DNA of 29,610 bases from a virus (Duplodnaviria > Heunggongvirae > Uroviricota > Caudoviricetes), in the IMG/VR virus record IMGVR_UViG_2541047745_000005, positions 1-29,610 of that record; one strand, written 5' to 3'. The notes below the pieces were generated by a model, which saw only the letters and a list, made by a program, of their open reading frames with translations, did not search any database and was not told the DNA's origin. The position numbers and the translations under genes are program-made. Shown here piece after piece: positions 16,738 to 26,501 of the stretch. The stretch's first letter is position 1, and every line of letters begins with the position of its first letter.

Positions 16738-18217
16738 CACCATTCCGTCGAATACGCTGGTTCCGATTTTTTATGCGGAAATGGATAACTCGGCGGCGAA
16801 TACTGCACAGGACAGCGGAGCATCGCTGCTGATTGGTCATGCCAATAACGGTGCAGAGATTGTTGCCAACAGTCTGGTGCTGATGCCATCGGCAGACTAT
16901 GCACGCCAGATTTGTGGTGCGGGAAGTCAGCTGGCGCGTATGGTCGAGGCTTATCGCCAGACCGACCCGTTTGGTGAACTGTATGTGATTGCCGTTCCTG
17001 AATCCACGGGCGCGGCGGCAACAGTTACGCTGACGGTGACCGGCGCGGCAACCGAAACCGGCACGGTGAATGTTTATGTGGGACGTACCCGCGTGCAGGC
17101 ACCGGTGACCAACGGCGATAACGTCGCGACGATTGCCAGCAGTATCAAAGATGCCATCAATGCCGTTCCGACCCTGCCGTTTACTGCCTCATCTTCGGCA
17201 GGCGTGGTCACACTGACCGCGCGTCATAAGGGGCTTTGCGGGAATGAAATTCCTGTCAGCCTCAATTACTACGGCTTTGGTGGGGGCGAAGTGCTGCCAG
17301 CGGGCGTACAGATTGCCGTGGCGACGGGTACCGCCGGAACGGGCGCTCCTGTTCTCACCGGCGCGGTGGCTGCAATGGCGGATGAGCCGTTTGATTATAT
17401 CGGCCTGCCGTTCAACGACACGGCCTCCGTTAACACGCTGGTGACCGAGATGAACGATACCAGCGGTCGCTGGAGCTATGCGCGTCAGCTGTATGGTCAT
17501 GTGTATACGGCAAAGATCGGCACGCTGTCAGAACTGGTGACCGCAGGTGACCAGTTTAACCAGCAGCACATTACCCTGGCGGGATACGAAAAAGAGACCC
17601 AGACGCCTGCCGACGAGCTGGCGGCAAGCCGTACCGCCCGCGCAGCGGTGTTTATTCGCAACGATCCGGCACGTCCCACGCAGACCGGTGAGCTGGTGGG
17701 TATGCTGCCTGCGCCGAAGGGGAAACGGTTCACGATGACCGAACAACAGACCCTGCTGTCTCATGGCGTGGCAACGGCGTATGTCGAAAGCGGGGTGCTG
17801 CGCATTCAGCGTGATGTCACCACGTACAGGAAAAACGCTTACGGTGTTGCGGATAACAGCTACCTCGACAGCGAGACGCTGCATACCAGCGCGTATGTGC
17901 TGCGCAAACTGAAATCCGTCATTACCAGTAAGTACGGGCGTCACAAGCTTGCCAGCGACGGTACCCGCTTTGGTCCCGGTCAGGCGATTGTCACACCGGC
18001 GGTGATCAAAGGGGAACTGCTGGCAACCTACCGTCAGCTTGAGCGTGCGGGGATCGTGGAAAACTACGAACTGTTTAAGCAGTACCTGGTTGTGGAGCGT
18101 GATGCCAGCGATCCGAACCGCCTGAACACGCTGTTCCCGCCTGACTATGTTAACCAGTTGCGTGTCTTTGCCGTGGTTAACCAGTTCCGTCTTCAGTATT
18201 CAGAGGAGTCTGCATAA
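16721..18217 (+). CDS. contractile tail sheath protein (Mu L-like)
   Basis: 498 aa; size and position (before the tube gene) typical of myovirus sheath. Confidence 0.8.
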   Translation: MTISFNTIPSNTLVPIFYAEMDNSAANTAQDSGASLLIGHANNGAEIVANSLVLMPSADYARQICGAGSQLARMVEAYRQTDPFGELYVIAVPESTGAAATVTLTVTGAATETGTVNVYVGRTRVQAPVTNGDNVATIASSIKDAINAVPTLPFTASSSAGVVTLTARHKGLCGNEIPVSLNYYGFGGGEVLPAGVQIAVATGTAGTGAPVLTGAVAAMADEPFDYIGLPFNDTASVNTLVTEMNDTSGRWSYARQLYGHVYTAKIGTLSELVTAGDQFNQQHITLAGYEKETQTPADELAASRTARAAVFIRNDPARPTQTGELVGMLPAPKGKRFTMTEQQTLLSHGVATAYVESGVLRIQRDVTTYRKNAYGVADNSYLDSETLHTSAYVLRKLKSVITSKYGRHKLASDGTRFGPGQAIVTPAVIKGELLATYRQLERAGIVENYELFKQYLVVERDASDPNRLNTLFPPDYVNQLRVFAVVNQFRLQYSEESA

Positions 18218-18573
18218 TGGCCCGTATCGGGGGAACCTGTTATTTCAAAATTGACGGTCAACAGCTATCGCTGACCGGCGGCATTGAGGTGCCCATGAAC
18301 AGGACGGTCAATGATGACATCATCGGCCTGGACGGTTCAGTGGACCGCAAGGAAACTCACCGTGCGCCTTATGTCAAAGGGACTTTCAAGGTGCCGAAGA
18401 ATTTTCCGGTGAACAAAATCACCTCGTCTGATGAGATGACTATCACTGCCGAGCTGGCGAACGGTCAGGTCTATGTACTGTCGTCTGCCTGGCTGCACGG
18501 CGAAGCGAACCATAATGCCGAAGAAGGCACGGTTGATCTTGAGTTCCACGGTGAAGAAGGGGATTACCAGTAA
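18217..18573 (+). CDS. tail tube protein (Mu M-like)
   Basis: 118 aa; ATAATG overlap with the sheath stop; conserved order sheath-tube-chaperone-tape measure. Confidence 0.75.
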   Translation: MARIGGTCYFKIDGQQLSLTGGIEVPMNRTVNDDIIGLDGSVDRKETHRAPYVKGTFKVPKNFPVNKITSSDEMTITAELANGQVYVLSSAWLHGEANHNAEEGTVDLEFHGEEGDYQ

Positions 18574-18842
18574 TGAAAGAGCTTGAGTTAAAGAAACCGA
18601 TTACTGCTCATGGCGAGACACTCTCCGTACTGGAGTTTGATGAGCCCACCGGGAAGGATGTCCGCGAGCTGGGGTATCCCTACCAGATGAATCAGGATGA
18701 GTCAGTCAAACTTCTGGCGCATGTGGTGTCGAAATACATTGTGCGGCTGGCGAAAGTGCCGCAAAGCTCTGTCGACCAGATGTCTCCGGCAGACCTGAAT
18801 GCAGCGGCGTGGCTTGTGGCTGGTTTTTTCCTCCAGGCCTGA
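18573..18842 (+). CDS. tail assembly chaperone (short, in-frame product)
   Basis: 89 aa ORF between tube and tape-measure genes; ends just after a TTTTTTC slippery site. Confidence 0.7.
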   Translation: MKELELKKPITAHGETLSVLEFDEPTGKDVRELGYPYQMNQDESVKLLAHVVSKYIVRLAKVPQSSVDQMSPADLNAAAWLVAGFFLQA

Positions 18843-18991
18843 CGGCTGAATACCTCACTGATCGCTTCTTTGACTGCGCCAGCTACTGGCGCATTAATCC
18901 TTTCGAATTGCTGAATATGCCGATCAGTGAAATTCCCTTACTGGTCAGTCAGGCAAACAGGATAGAGCAGGAGAAACGCACACATGGCTGA
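18573..18991 (+). CDS. tail assembly chaperone, predicted -1 frameshift fusion product
   Basis: Slippery heptamer T_TTT_TTC at 18824-18830 in the zero frame; the -1 frame stays open to 18991, overlapping the tape-measure start. Analogous to lambda G/GT and P2 E/E+E'. Confidence 0.5.
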
Positions 18992-20816
18992 ATTTGAGCT
19001 TAAGGCGTTGATCACCGGTGTCGACAGGCTTTCTCCCGCGCTGTCGAAAATGCAAAAGAAAATCCGGGGATTTAAACGCCAGGCGGAAGAAGCGTCACAG
19101 GGTGGGCTGGCGCTTGGGGGCGGACTGGCAGCGGGGCTGACGCTTTCCCTGAAATCTTATGCCGATCAGGAAAACGCCGCTACCGGGCTGAAAGTCGCCA
19201 TGATGGATGCGAACGGTGAGGTTGGAAAGAGCTTTCAGGACATCAATAAACTGGCTATTGGCCTGGGTAACCAGCTACCCGGTACAACGGCTGATTTCCA
19301 GAACATGATGCAGATGCTGGTGCGTCAGGGGATCCCGGCAGAAAACATTCTGGGTGGTGTGGGTAAAGCGACAGCTTATCTTGCGGTACAACTGAAAAAA
19401 ACACCGGAAGCGGCTGCTGAGTTTGCTGCAAAGATGCAGGATGCTACCGGAACGGCGTCAGAAGACATGATGGGGCTGTTCGACACTATCCAGAAGGCGT
19501 TTTATCTGGGCGTTGACGATACCAACATGTTGTCCTTCTTCACTAAAACCAGTTCTGTTCTGAAGATGGTGAACAAGGATGGTCTTCAGGCTGCACAGAG
19601 CCTTGCCCCCATCAGCGTCATGATGGATCAGATGGGGATGAACGGGGAGTCGGCAGGTAATGCTCTGCGAAAAGTTATCCAGTCCGGATTAAGTGTTAAG
19701 AAAATCAGGGACGTCAATAAAGTCATGGCCCGCCAGAAACTCGGGGTACAGCTCGATTTTACTGACGGCAAAGGAAGTTTTGGCGGTCTTGATAACATGT
19801 TTAAGCAACTGGCAAAGTTGCGAAAACTGACTGACGTTAAGCGAACTAATGTACTTAAGGCAATATTTGGTGATGATGCCGAAACCATTCAGGTGGTCAA
19901 TGCGCTGATCGATAAAGGAAAGGATGGTTACGATCAGATCCAGCAGAAGATGAATAAACAGGCCAGCCTGAATAAACGTGTTCAGGCACAGCTTGGTACG
20001 TTGTCCAACCTGTGGGAGGCAATGACGGGGACCGCAACTAACGGCCTTGCAGCTATTGGCGGCGCATTTTCTGGTGACGCTAAAAATATCACGCAATGGC
20101 TGGGGGAGTTGGGGGAGAAATTCACGAAGTTTGCGGATCAAAATCCCCGGGTTATTCGCGGCGTCGTCGGGCTTGCTGCCGGTCTTGCGATTCTGAAACT
20201 GGGATTGATGGGCGTGGGCAGTGCCATCAGTATCGTCAGCAGGATCATGTCGATGACGCCGATTGGCATGATTGCGACGGCGATTGCCTTGGCTGCGGGA
20301 TTAATTATCACTAACTGGGATGTTGTTGGACCTTATTTCAAGAAGCTCTGGGAAACCATTGGTCCTTATTTTGAGGTTGGCTGGGAACTCCTTAAGAAAG
20401 TTTTTGCCTGGTCGCCGCTGGGGATGGTGATCAATAACTGGGGACCGGTTGTTAAGTGGTTTCAGGATATGTGGGACAAGCTGAAGCCAATTATTGAGTG
20501 GTTTACTGACAGTTCCGGTGACACGGTCGATGCCATTAACTCTGCGCAGTGGGGCGCAGGTGCCTATGATGCTTATGGGACGGGAATACCGGCGCGGGGA
20601 TACACACCTTATCAGGCGGTTGATCCGGCTCAGTCAAACAACGCCTCCGGTGCCACAGGCCCGAATCCCTTCATGATTAACAAAGCTTCTGCGCCAAAAG
20701 TTGATGGTGAGATCAAGGTATCTTTTGTGAATATGCCACCAGGTATGCGGGTTATGGAAACGCGATCCAGCGGTATTGATGTCAGCCATGATGTTGGCTA
20801 TACGCGGTTCAGGTAG
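18984..20816 (+). CDS. tail tape measure protein
   Basis: 610 aa; predicted helical with hydrophobic, Gly-rich central segment (VVGLAAGLAILKLGLMGVGSAISIV...); position after the chaperone. Confidence 0.85.
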   Translation: MAEFELKALITGVDRLSPALSKMQKKIRGFKRQAEEASQGGLALGGGLAAGLTLSLKSYADQENAATGLKVAMMDANGEVGKSFQDINKLAIGLGNQLPGTTADFQNMMQMLVRQGIPAENILGGVGKATAYLAVQLKKTPEAAAEFAAKMQDATGTASEDMMGLFDTIQKAFYLGVDDTNMLSFFTKTSSVLKMVNKDGLQAAQSLAPISVMMDQMGMNGESAGNALRKVIQSGLSVKKIRDVNKVMARQKLGVQLDFTDGKGSFGGLDNMFKQLAKLRKLTDVKRTNVLKAIFGDDAETIQVVNALIDKGKDGYDQIQQKMNKQASLNKRVQAQLGTLSNLWEAMTGTATNGLAAIGGAFSGDAKNITQWLGELGEKFTKFADQNPRVIRGVVGLAAGLAILKLGLMGVGSAISIVSRIMSMTPIGMIATAIALAAGLIITNWDVVGPYFKKLWETIGPYFEVGWELLKKVFAWSPLGMVINNWGPVVKWFQDMWDKLKPIIEWFTDSSGDTVDAINSAQWGAGAYDAYGTGIPARGYTPYQAVDPAQSNNASGATGPNPFMINKASAPKVDGEIKVSFVNMPPGMRVMETRSSGIDVSHDVGYTRFR

Positions 20817-20857
20817 TGTACAAAATGATTAATGTGTTTTTGTCTGGCATAATTTGG

Positions 20858-20885
20858 GTTTTCAGCTTTAAGTAGTTAATATAAT
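20858..20885 (+). promoter_or_regulatory. candidate promoter for the cargo gene (-10 TATAAT at 20880-20885, weak -35)
   Basis: Perfect TATAAT about 30 nt upstream of ATG 20916 in an AT-rich intergenic stretch; -35 element not convincing. Confidence 0.3.
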
Positions 20886-20915
20886 CATTCCTTACAAATG
20901 ATTGAAGGGATGATT

Positions 20916-21410
20916 ATGCGTATCTTTGTGTTTTTTATATCTGCACTTTTATCTTTTAACTTGGCAGCGGAAGAGTGTAAGTTCAGCTTTAATGAGTCAG
21001 AATTAATCTCTTCTATAGGTATTGCACCAGTTAAGCAAGAGATAGTAAAGGATGAAGGAATAACTAAGCGTCAATATGAATTCAGGAGAGAATTGTCTTT
21101 TGAAGAGATGCTTAGTGATGATGCTGATGAAAAATATGAGCCGCAGTTTTATATATCTGTTTATAATCCATCATGTCCACAAAAGGTTATTATTTGGTTT
21201 TTCAAGGACAATAAAAACACACAAACTTTAAGTAATGAGGTCCTTGCTGGTAGAGCATTCAAGTATTTAACTGGTGTTAATGAAAGTATTTTTGAAAATA
21301 AAATGAAAAAGTTTTCAAAGGTACAGTCATTTGAGTCCTTTGATGAAAGGACGGACTCTAAATTTATAAAGAGTAGTAATGTTTATTCCATTGATGTTCA
21401 ACTCAGATAG
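20916..21410 (+). CDS. secreted/periplasmic protein of unknown function (moron cargo) with N-terminal signal peptide
   Basis: MRIFVFFISALLSFNLAAEE...: basic n-region, hydrophobic core, AXA-like site (LAA) before acidic residues; GAAGGGA RBS 7 nt upstream. About one-third G+C by manual count of sample lines versus roughly 55-60% in flanking tail genes. An in-frame ATG at 20898 is an alternative start. Confidence 0.6.
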   Translation: MRIFVFFISALLSFNLAAEECKFSFNESELISSIGIAPVKQEIVKDEGITKRQYEFRRELSFEEMLSDDADEKYEPQFYISVYNPSCPQKVIIWFFKDNKNTQTLSNEVLAGRAFKYLTGVNESIFENKMKKFSKVQSFESFDERTDSKFIKSSNVYSIDVQLR

Positions 21411-21428
21411 TAATTGAAAATATTAGAA

Positions 21429-21486
21429 CCCCGCCACATCTTCTGCGATGTAAATAACTGACAAAGCAGATTTGGCGGGTTTTTTG
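21429..21486 (+). terminator. intrinsic terminator after the cargo gene
   Basis: CCCGCCA (21430-21436) pairs with TGGCGGG (21473-21479), followed by TTTTTTG; the intervening sequence has internal small hairpins. Confidence 0.5.
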
Positions 21487-21500
21487 TATCCGGAGTTTAT

Positions 21501-22829
21501 ATGACGTGGAAAGGCAGGCTTCAGGATGCGTCATTTCGCGGCGTACCGTTTAAGGTTGAAGAAGAAAGTGCGGGAACCGGTCGCCGTGTGGAAACACATG
21601 AATACCCGAACCGCGACAAGCCCTATACCGAAGATCTGGGAAAAGTCACTTTCCGCCCGTCCATCACAGCTTATGTGGTGGGAGATGACTGCTTTGACCA
21701 GCGCGATCGCCTGATTGACGCGCTGAATAAACCCGGTCCCGGCACGCTTGTCCACCCGACATATGGTGAGCTGAAAGTCTGTGTTGACGGGGAAGTTCGG
21801 GTCAGCACATCGAAAAGTGAAGGGCGTATTGTCCGCTTTGACCTGAAGTTTGTCGAAGCAGGAGAACTCTCTTACCCCACATCAGGTGCGGCGACGGCGC
21901 AGACGCTGATGTCATCCTGTTCTGCACTGGATGACTGCATCAGTGACAGCTTCAGCGGTTTCAGTATCGATGGTGTGGCGGATTTCGTGCAGAACGACGT
22001 TATCGGTAATGCCAGCATAATGCTGGGGTATGTTTCTGATGCGATGAAAGTGGTGGATTCTGCCGTATCGGATGCCGCCAGGCTGTTGCAGGGGGATATC
22101 TCGGTACTTCTGCCGCCGCCATCGTCAGGCAAAAATTTCGTTGAGCAGGTGCAGAAAATGTGGCGTACCGGGAAACGCCTTTATGGTAACGCCAGCGACC
22201 TGGTCACCATGATCAAAACGCTTTCCGGTGTCAGCCTCGGCAGCGATCTGCAACCGCGCGGCGTCTGGAAAACGGACAGTAAAACCACCGCCACGGCGAC
22301 GCAGCAGCGTAACGTGGTTGCCAGCACCCTTCGTACGACCGCAATCAGCGAAGCGGCGTATGCCGTCACACGATTGCCTGCGCCCACAACTTCCGCGGTG
22401 ATGCAGAATGCCACAGTAGGGCAGTCAACAACACCCGCGCAGAGCACCGGCTGGCCTTCTGTCACGCATCCGGCACTGAACAATGCACCGGCGGTGAAAA
22501 ACACGGTTGACCTGCCAACGTGGGAAGAACTGACCGACATTCGCGACACACTGAATACGGCAATTGATAAGGAGTTGTCCCGTACAACCAGTGATGCGCT
22601 GTTTCTGGCGCTGCGCCGGGTGAAAGCAGATCTGAATGCGGATATCAACACGCGCCTTGAACAGTCTGCACGGATCATTCAGCGCACGCCGGATGAGGTT
22701 TTACCCGCGCTGGTGCTGGCGGCGACCTGGTTTGATAACGCGGCGCGTGACGCGGACATTATCCGGCGTAATGCCATTACACATCCCGGCTTTGTGCCGG
22801 TGATCCCTCTGAAGGTGCCAGTGCAATGA
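21501..22829 (+). CDS. DNA circularization protein N-like (Mu gpN family) tail/baseplate protein
   Basis: N-terminal W.GRLQDASFRGVPFKVEEE motif characteristic of the Mu N family; 442 aa; GGAG RBS. Confidence 0.75.
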   Translation: MTWKGRLQDASFRGVPFKVEEESAGTGRRVETHEYPNRDKPYTEDLGKVTFRPSITAYVVGDDCFDQRDRLIDALNKPGPGTLVHPTYGELKVCVDGEVRVSTSKSEGRIVRFDLKFVEAGELSYPTSGAATAQTLMSSCSALDDCISDSFSGFSIDGVADFVQNDVIGNASIMLGYVSDAMKVVDSAVSDAARLLQGDISVLLPPPSSGKNFVEQVQKMWRTGKRLYGNASDLVTMIKTLSGVSLGSDLQPRGVWKTDSKTTATATQQRNVVASTLRTTAISEAAYAVTRLPAPTTSAVMQNATVGQSTTPAQSTGWPSVTHPALNNAPAVKNTVDLPTWEELTDIRDTLNTAIDKELSRTTSDALFLALRRVKADLNADINTRLEQSARIIQRTPDEVLPALVLAATWFDNAARDADIIRRNAITHPGFVPVIPLKVPVQ

Positions 22830-23905
22830 ACGACAATGTCACGCTACGGGTAAATGGCCGGGAGTGGAATGGCTGGACATCGGTGCGCATCGGTGCCGGT
22901 ATTGAACGGCTGGCGCGGGATTTCAGTGTGGAGATCACTCGCCAGTGGCCGGGAGATGAGGGTATCACCACGCTTCAGCCGCGCATTAAAAACGGTTCAA
23001 AAGTGGAAGTGCTGATTGGTGATGAGCTGGTGATCACCGGCTGGGTGGAGGCGACTCCCGTTCGTTACGATGCCCGTTCGGTCAGCACCGGTATTGCCGG
23101 ACGTAGTCTGACGGCTGACCTGATTGACTGTGCAGCCGAACCGACACAGTTTAACGGACGCTCGCTGGTGCAGATTGCGCAGGCGCTTGCTGCGCCTTTC
23201 GGCATTGAGGTGGTGAACAGCGGTGCGCCGTCGGGTGTTATTCCTGATGTTCAGCCTGATCACGGTGAAACGGTGATTGAGGTAATCAACAAAATACTCG
23301 GTCAGCAGCAGGCGCTGGCTTACGACGACCCGCACGGCAGGCTGGTGATTGGCGGTATTGGCTCAACGCGGGCACATACCGCGCTGGTACTTGGGGAAAA
23401 CATCCTTTCCTGTGATACGGAGAAGAGTATCCGGGAGCGGTTTTCTGTTTACCAGGTGGCGGGGCAGCGTGCCGGAAACGACGATGATTTCGGTGAGGCC
23501 ACCACCACCGCGCTGCGGGCCCGCACAGAGGACGCATTTATTGCCCGTTACCGTCCGATGTATATCAGGCAGACAGGGCAGGCTACGGGGGCAGGCTGTA
23601 TTGCCCGTGCGGACTTTGAAGCCCGACAACGGGCGGCGCGGACGGATGAAACCACCTATGTGGTGCAGGGCTGGCGACAGGGTAACGGTACGCTGTGGCA
23701 GCCAAACCAGCGGGTGATTGTCTTTGATCCGGTCTGTGGTTTCGACAATACCGAACTGCTTGTTTCGGAAGTCACGTTTACTCAGGACCAGAACGGCACC
23801 CTGACGGAAATCCGTGTCGGCCCACCTGATGCTTATCTGCCTGAGCCCGAAGCCCCCGGCGCGCGGAAAAAGAAAAAAGCCAGAGTACAGGAGGACCCGT
23901 TCTGA
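22826..23905 (+). CDS. baseplate hub protein (Mu gpP-like)
   Basis: 359 aa; ATGA overlap with the upstream gene; synteny N-P-45-46-47-48 as in Mu-like tails. Confidence 0.7.
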   Translation: MNDNVTLRVNGREWNGWTSVRIGAGIERLARDFSVEITRQWPGDEGITTLQPRIKNGSKVEVLIGDELVITGWVEATPVRYDARSVSTGIAGRSLTADLIDCAAEPTQFNGRSLVQIAQALAAPFGIEVVNSGAPSGVIPDVQPDHGETVIEVINKILGQQQALAYDDPHGRLVIGGIGSTRAHTALVLGENILSCDTEKSIRERFSVYQVAGQRAGNDDDFGEATTTALRARTEDAFIARYRPMYIRQTGQATGAGCIARADFEARQRAARTDETTYVVQGWRQGNGTLWQPNQRVIVFDPVCGFDNTELLVSEVTFTQDQNGTLTEIRVGPPDAYLPEPEAPGARKKKKARVQEDPF

Positions 23906-24453
23906 TGAGGACGATTGAAGCCATGCAGCGACAACTTCTCGGCCTGATTGGGCGGGCCGTTGTGAAAAGCATCAGTGCCGCCACGAAATGTCAGACCGTG
24001 GATGTGTCCCTGATTGCCGGTGAACCCAAAGCAGGGGTTGAACATCTTGAACCCTACGGTTTTACCGCAAGGGCAAACAGCGGTGCGGAAGCGGTGGTGT
24101 TGTTTCCGGATGGCGACCGTTCTCATGCGGTGGTTGTTACGGTGTCGGACCGGCGCTACCGCCTGAAAGGGCTGCAGACGGGTGAGGTGGCTGTCTATGA
24201 CGATCAGGGGCAGTCCGTGACGCTGACCCGGGAGGGGATCGTGGTGGACGGTGCAGGTAAAACGATCACGTTTCGCAATTCACCTAAAGCACGTTTTGAA
24301 ATGGACCTGGAAGTGACAGGACAGGTGAAAGACCTGTGCGACTCCGGCGGCACCACCATGTCAGCGATGCGGCTTGCCTATAACGGGCATCGTCACAGAG
24401 AGAACGGTCAGGGCAGTAATACCGACAAACCTGATAAAGCGATGGAGGCATGA
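23905..24453 (+). CDS. baseplate spike/assembly protein (Mu gp45 / P2 V-like)
   Basis: 182 aa; overlapping start; synteny. Confidence 0.7.
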   Translation: MRTIEAMQRQLLGLIGRAVVKSISAATKCQTVDVSLIAGEPKAGVEHLEPYGFTARANSGAEAVVLFPDGDRSHAVVVTVSDRRYRLKGLQTGEVAVYDDQGQSVTLTREGIVVDGAGKTITFRNSPKARFEMDLEVTGQVKDLCDSGGTTMSAMRLAYNGHRHRENGQGSNTDKPDKAMEA

Positions 24454-24878
24454 TGGAACTGTGGCTGACGGTGAACGGTAAACGCACCTGCGCCAGCGCA
24501 CCGCTGGATCCGCTGACCCGCGCCGTGGTGATTTCCCTGTTTACCTGGCGGCGGGCGGAGCCTGATGACAACGCCGACGTCCCGATGGGATGGTGGGGGG
24601 ATACCTGGCCTGCGGTACAGAATGACCGTTACGGCTCCCGACTGTGGCTGCTTCAGCGCAGCAAACTGACCAATCAGCTGGTGCAGACGGTAAGGGGGTA
24701 TATCCGCGAATGCCTGCAATGGATGATTGATGATGGCGTGGTGTCCCGTATTGATCTGGATATCCGCCGCACCGGGATTAATGAACTGGGTAACAGTATC
24801 ACTCTCTGGCGTCGTGACGGACCGGTAATGATTTCTTTTGATGATCTGTGGAGTGCGATAACGCATGGCGGACAGTGA
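24450..24878 (+). CDS. baseplate protein (Mu gp46 / P2 W-like)
   Basis: 142 aa; overlapping start; synteny. Confidence 0.65.
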   Translation: MMELWLTVNGKRTCASAPLDPLTRAVVISLFTWRRAEPDDNADVPMGWWGDTWPAVQNDRYGSRLWLLQRSKLTNQLVQTVRGYIRECLQWMIDDGVVSRIDLDIRRTGINELGNSITLWRRDGPVMISFDDLWSAITHGGQ

Positions 24879-25923
24879 ATTTCAGCGCCCGACGCTGGCA
24901 GAAAATATCAGTATGCTCCGTAACGATTTATTCGCCAGGCTGGACGTCAGCGACACGCTCCGGCGCATGGATGAAGACGTGCGGGCAAAGGTGTATGCGG
25001 CGGCGCTGCATACGGTTTACGGGTACATCGATTATCTGGCAATGAACATGCTGCCTGACCTGTGCGATGAGTCCTGGCTGGCGCGACATGCTGCGATGAA
25101 ACGGTGTCCGCGCAAGGGGGCCACGGCTGCCAGCGGGTATATGCGCTGGGAAGGTGTCAGCGATGGCCTGAAGGTGACCGCCGGGAGTGTTATTCAGCGC
25201 GATGACCTGGTTCAGTACACGGCAACTGCCGATGCAACCAGCTCCGGTGGTGTCCTGCGCGTGCCGATCGCCTGCTCAAGTGCAGGCGCGGTCGGTAACG
25301 CTGACGACGGTACGTCATTAATCCTGGTCACGCCGGTGAATGGTCTGCCGTCTTCCGGCGTGGCAGATACACTGACAGGTGGATTTGATACTGAAGAGCT
25401 GGAAACGTGGCGCGCCCGCGTCATTGAGCGGTATTACTGGACGCCTCAGGGCGGGGCTGACGGGGACTATGTCGTCTGGGCTAAAGAAGTTCCCGGCATT
25501 ACCCGCGCATGGACATACCGACACTGGATGGGAACGGGGACTGTCGGTGTGATGATTGCCAGCAGCGACCTGATTAATCCCATTCCGGAAGAATCAACGG
25601 AAACGGCGGCAAGACAACATATCGGGCCACTGGCCCCGGTGGCAGGCTCTGATTTGTATGTGTTCAGGCCGGTGGCGCATACGGTGGATTTTCATATCCG
25701 TGTGACGCCGGATACACCGGAAATACGGGCTGCCATCACCGCGGAGTTGCGTTCGTTCCTGCTGCGTGATGGTTATCCGCAGGGAGAACTGAAGGTGTCG
25801 CGTATCAGTGAAGCGATTTCCGGTGCGAACGGGGAATACAGCCATCAGTTGCTTGCACCGGCAGACAATATCTCCATTGCAAAAAATGAACTGGCGGTAC
25901 TGGGGACGATTTCATGGACGTGA
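24865..25923 (+). CDS. baseplate J-like protein (Mu gp47)
   Basis: 352 aa; size and position typical of the baseplate wedge J family. Confidence 0.75.
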   Translation: MADSEFQRPTLAENISMLRNDLFARLDVSDTLRRMDEDVRAKVYAAALHTVYGYIDYLAMNMLPDLCDESWLARHAAMKRCPRKGATAASGYMRWEGVSDGLKVTAGSVIQRDDLVQYTATADATSSGGVLRVPIACSSAGAVGNADDGTSLILVTPVNGLPSSGVADTLTGGFDTEELETWRARVIERYYWTPQGGADGDYVVWAKEVPGITRAWTYRHWMGTGTVGVMIASSDLINPIPEESTETAARQHIGPLAPVAGSDLYVFRPVAHTVDFHIRVTPDTPEIRAAITAELRSFLLRDGYPQGELKVSRISEAISGANGEYSHQLLAPADNISIAKNELAVLGTISWT

Positions 25924-26498
25924 CAAACGATGATTACATCCGTCTGTTGTCGGCACTGTTGCCCCCCGGTCCGGCGTGGTCAGCCAGCGATCCGGCGATT
26001 GCCGGTGCGGCACCGTCATTAACCCGCGTTCATCAGCGTGCGGATGCCCTGATGCGGGAGCTGGATCCGCGCACCACCACCGAACTGATAAATCGCTGGG
26101 AGCGTCTGTGCGGCCTGCCGGATGAATGTATTCCCGCAGGGACACAGACCCTTCGCCAGCGTCAGCAACGGCTGGATGCGAAGGTTAATCTGGCGGGCGG
26201 CATCAATGAGGATTTTTACCTTGCACAGCTTGCTGCCCTGGGCAGACCAGACGCCACTATCACGCGATACGATAAAAGCACGTTCACCTGCTCATCGGCC
26301 TGTACTGACGCAGTGAATGCGCCGGAATGGCGGTATTACTGGCAGGTCAACATGCCAGCCGCCACCAACACCACCTGGATGACATGTGGCGATCCCTGTG
26401 ATTCCGCACTGCGTATCTGGGGCGACACCGTTGTCGAGTGCGTGCTTAACAAACTCTGCCCTTCGCATACCTACGTAATTTTTAAATATCCGGAGTAA
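25914..26498 (+). CDS. tail protein (Mu gp48 / P2 I-like, YmfQ-like)
   Basis: 194 aa directly before the tail-fibre gene, as in Mu and the e14 element. Confidence 0.65.
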   Translation: MDVTNDDYIRLLSALLPPGPAWSASDPAIAGAAPSLTRVHQRADALMRELDPRTTTELINRWERLCGLPDECIPAGTQTLRQRQQRLDAKVNLAGGINEDFYLAQLAALGRPDATITRYDKSTFTCSSACTDAVNAPEWRYYWQVNMPAATNTTWMTCGDPCDSALRIWGDTVVECVLNKLCPSHTYVIFKYPE

Positions 26499-26501
26499 TC
26501 C

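Noticed and set aside
18809-18991. Stand-alone 60-aa gene between chaperone and tape measure
   Set aside because: Better explained as the -1 frameshift extension of the chaperone (slippery TTTTTTC at 18824-18830); it has no RBS of its own.
22181-22678. 165-aa minus-strand ORF inside the DNA-circularization-like gene
   Set aside because: Antisense to a motif-bearing + strand gene; no start context.
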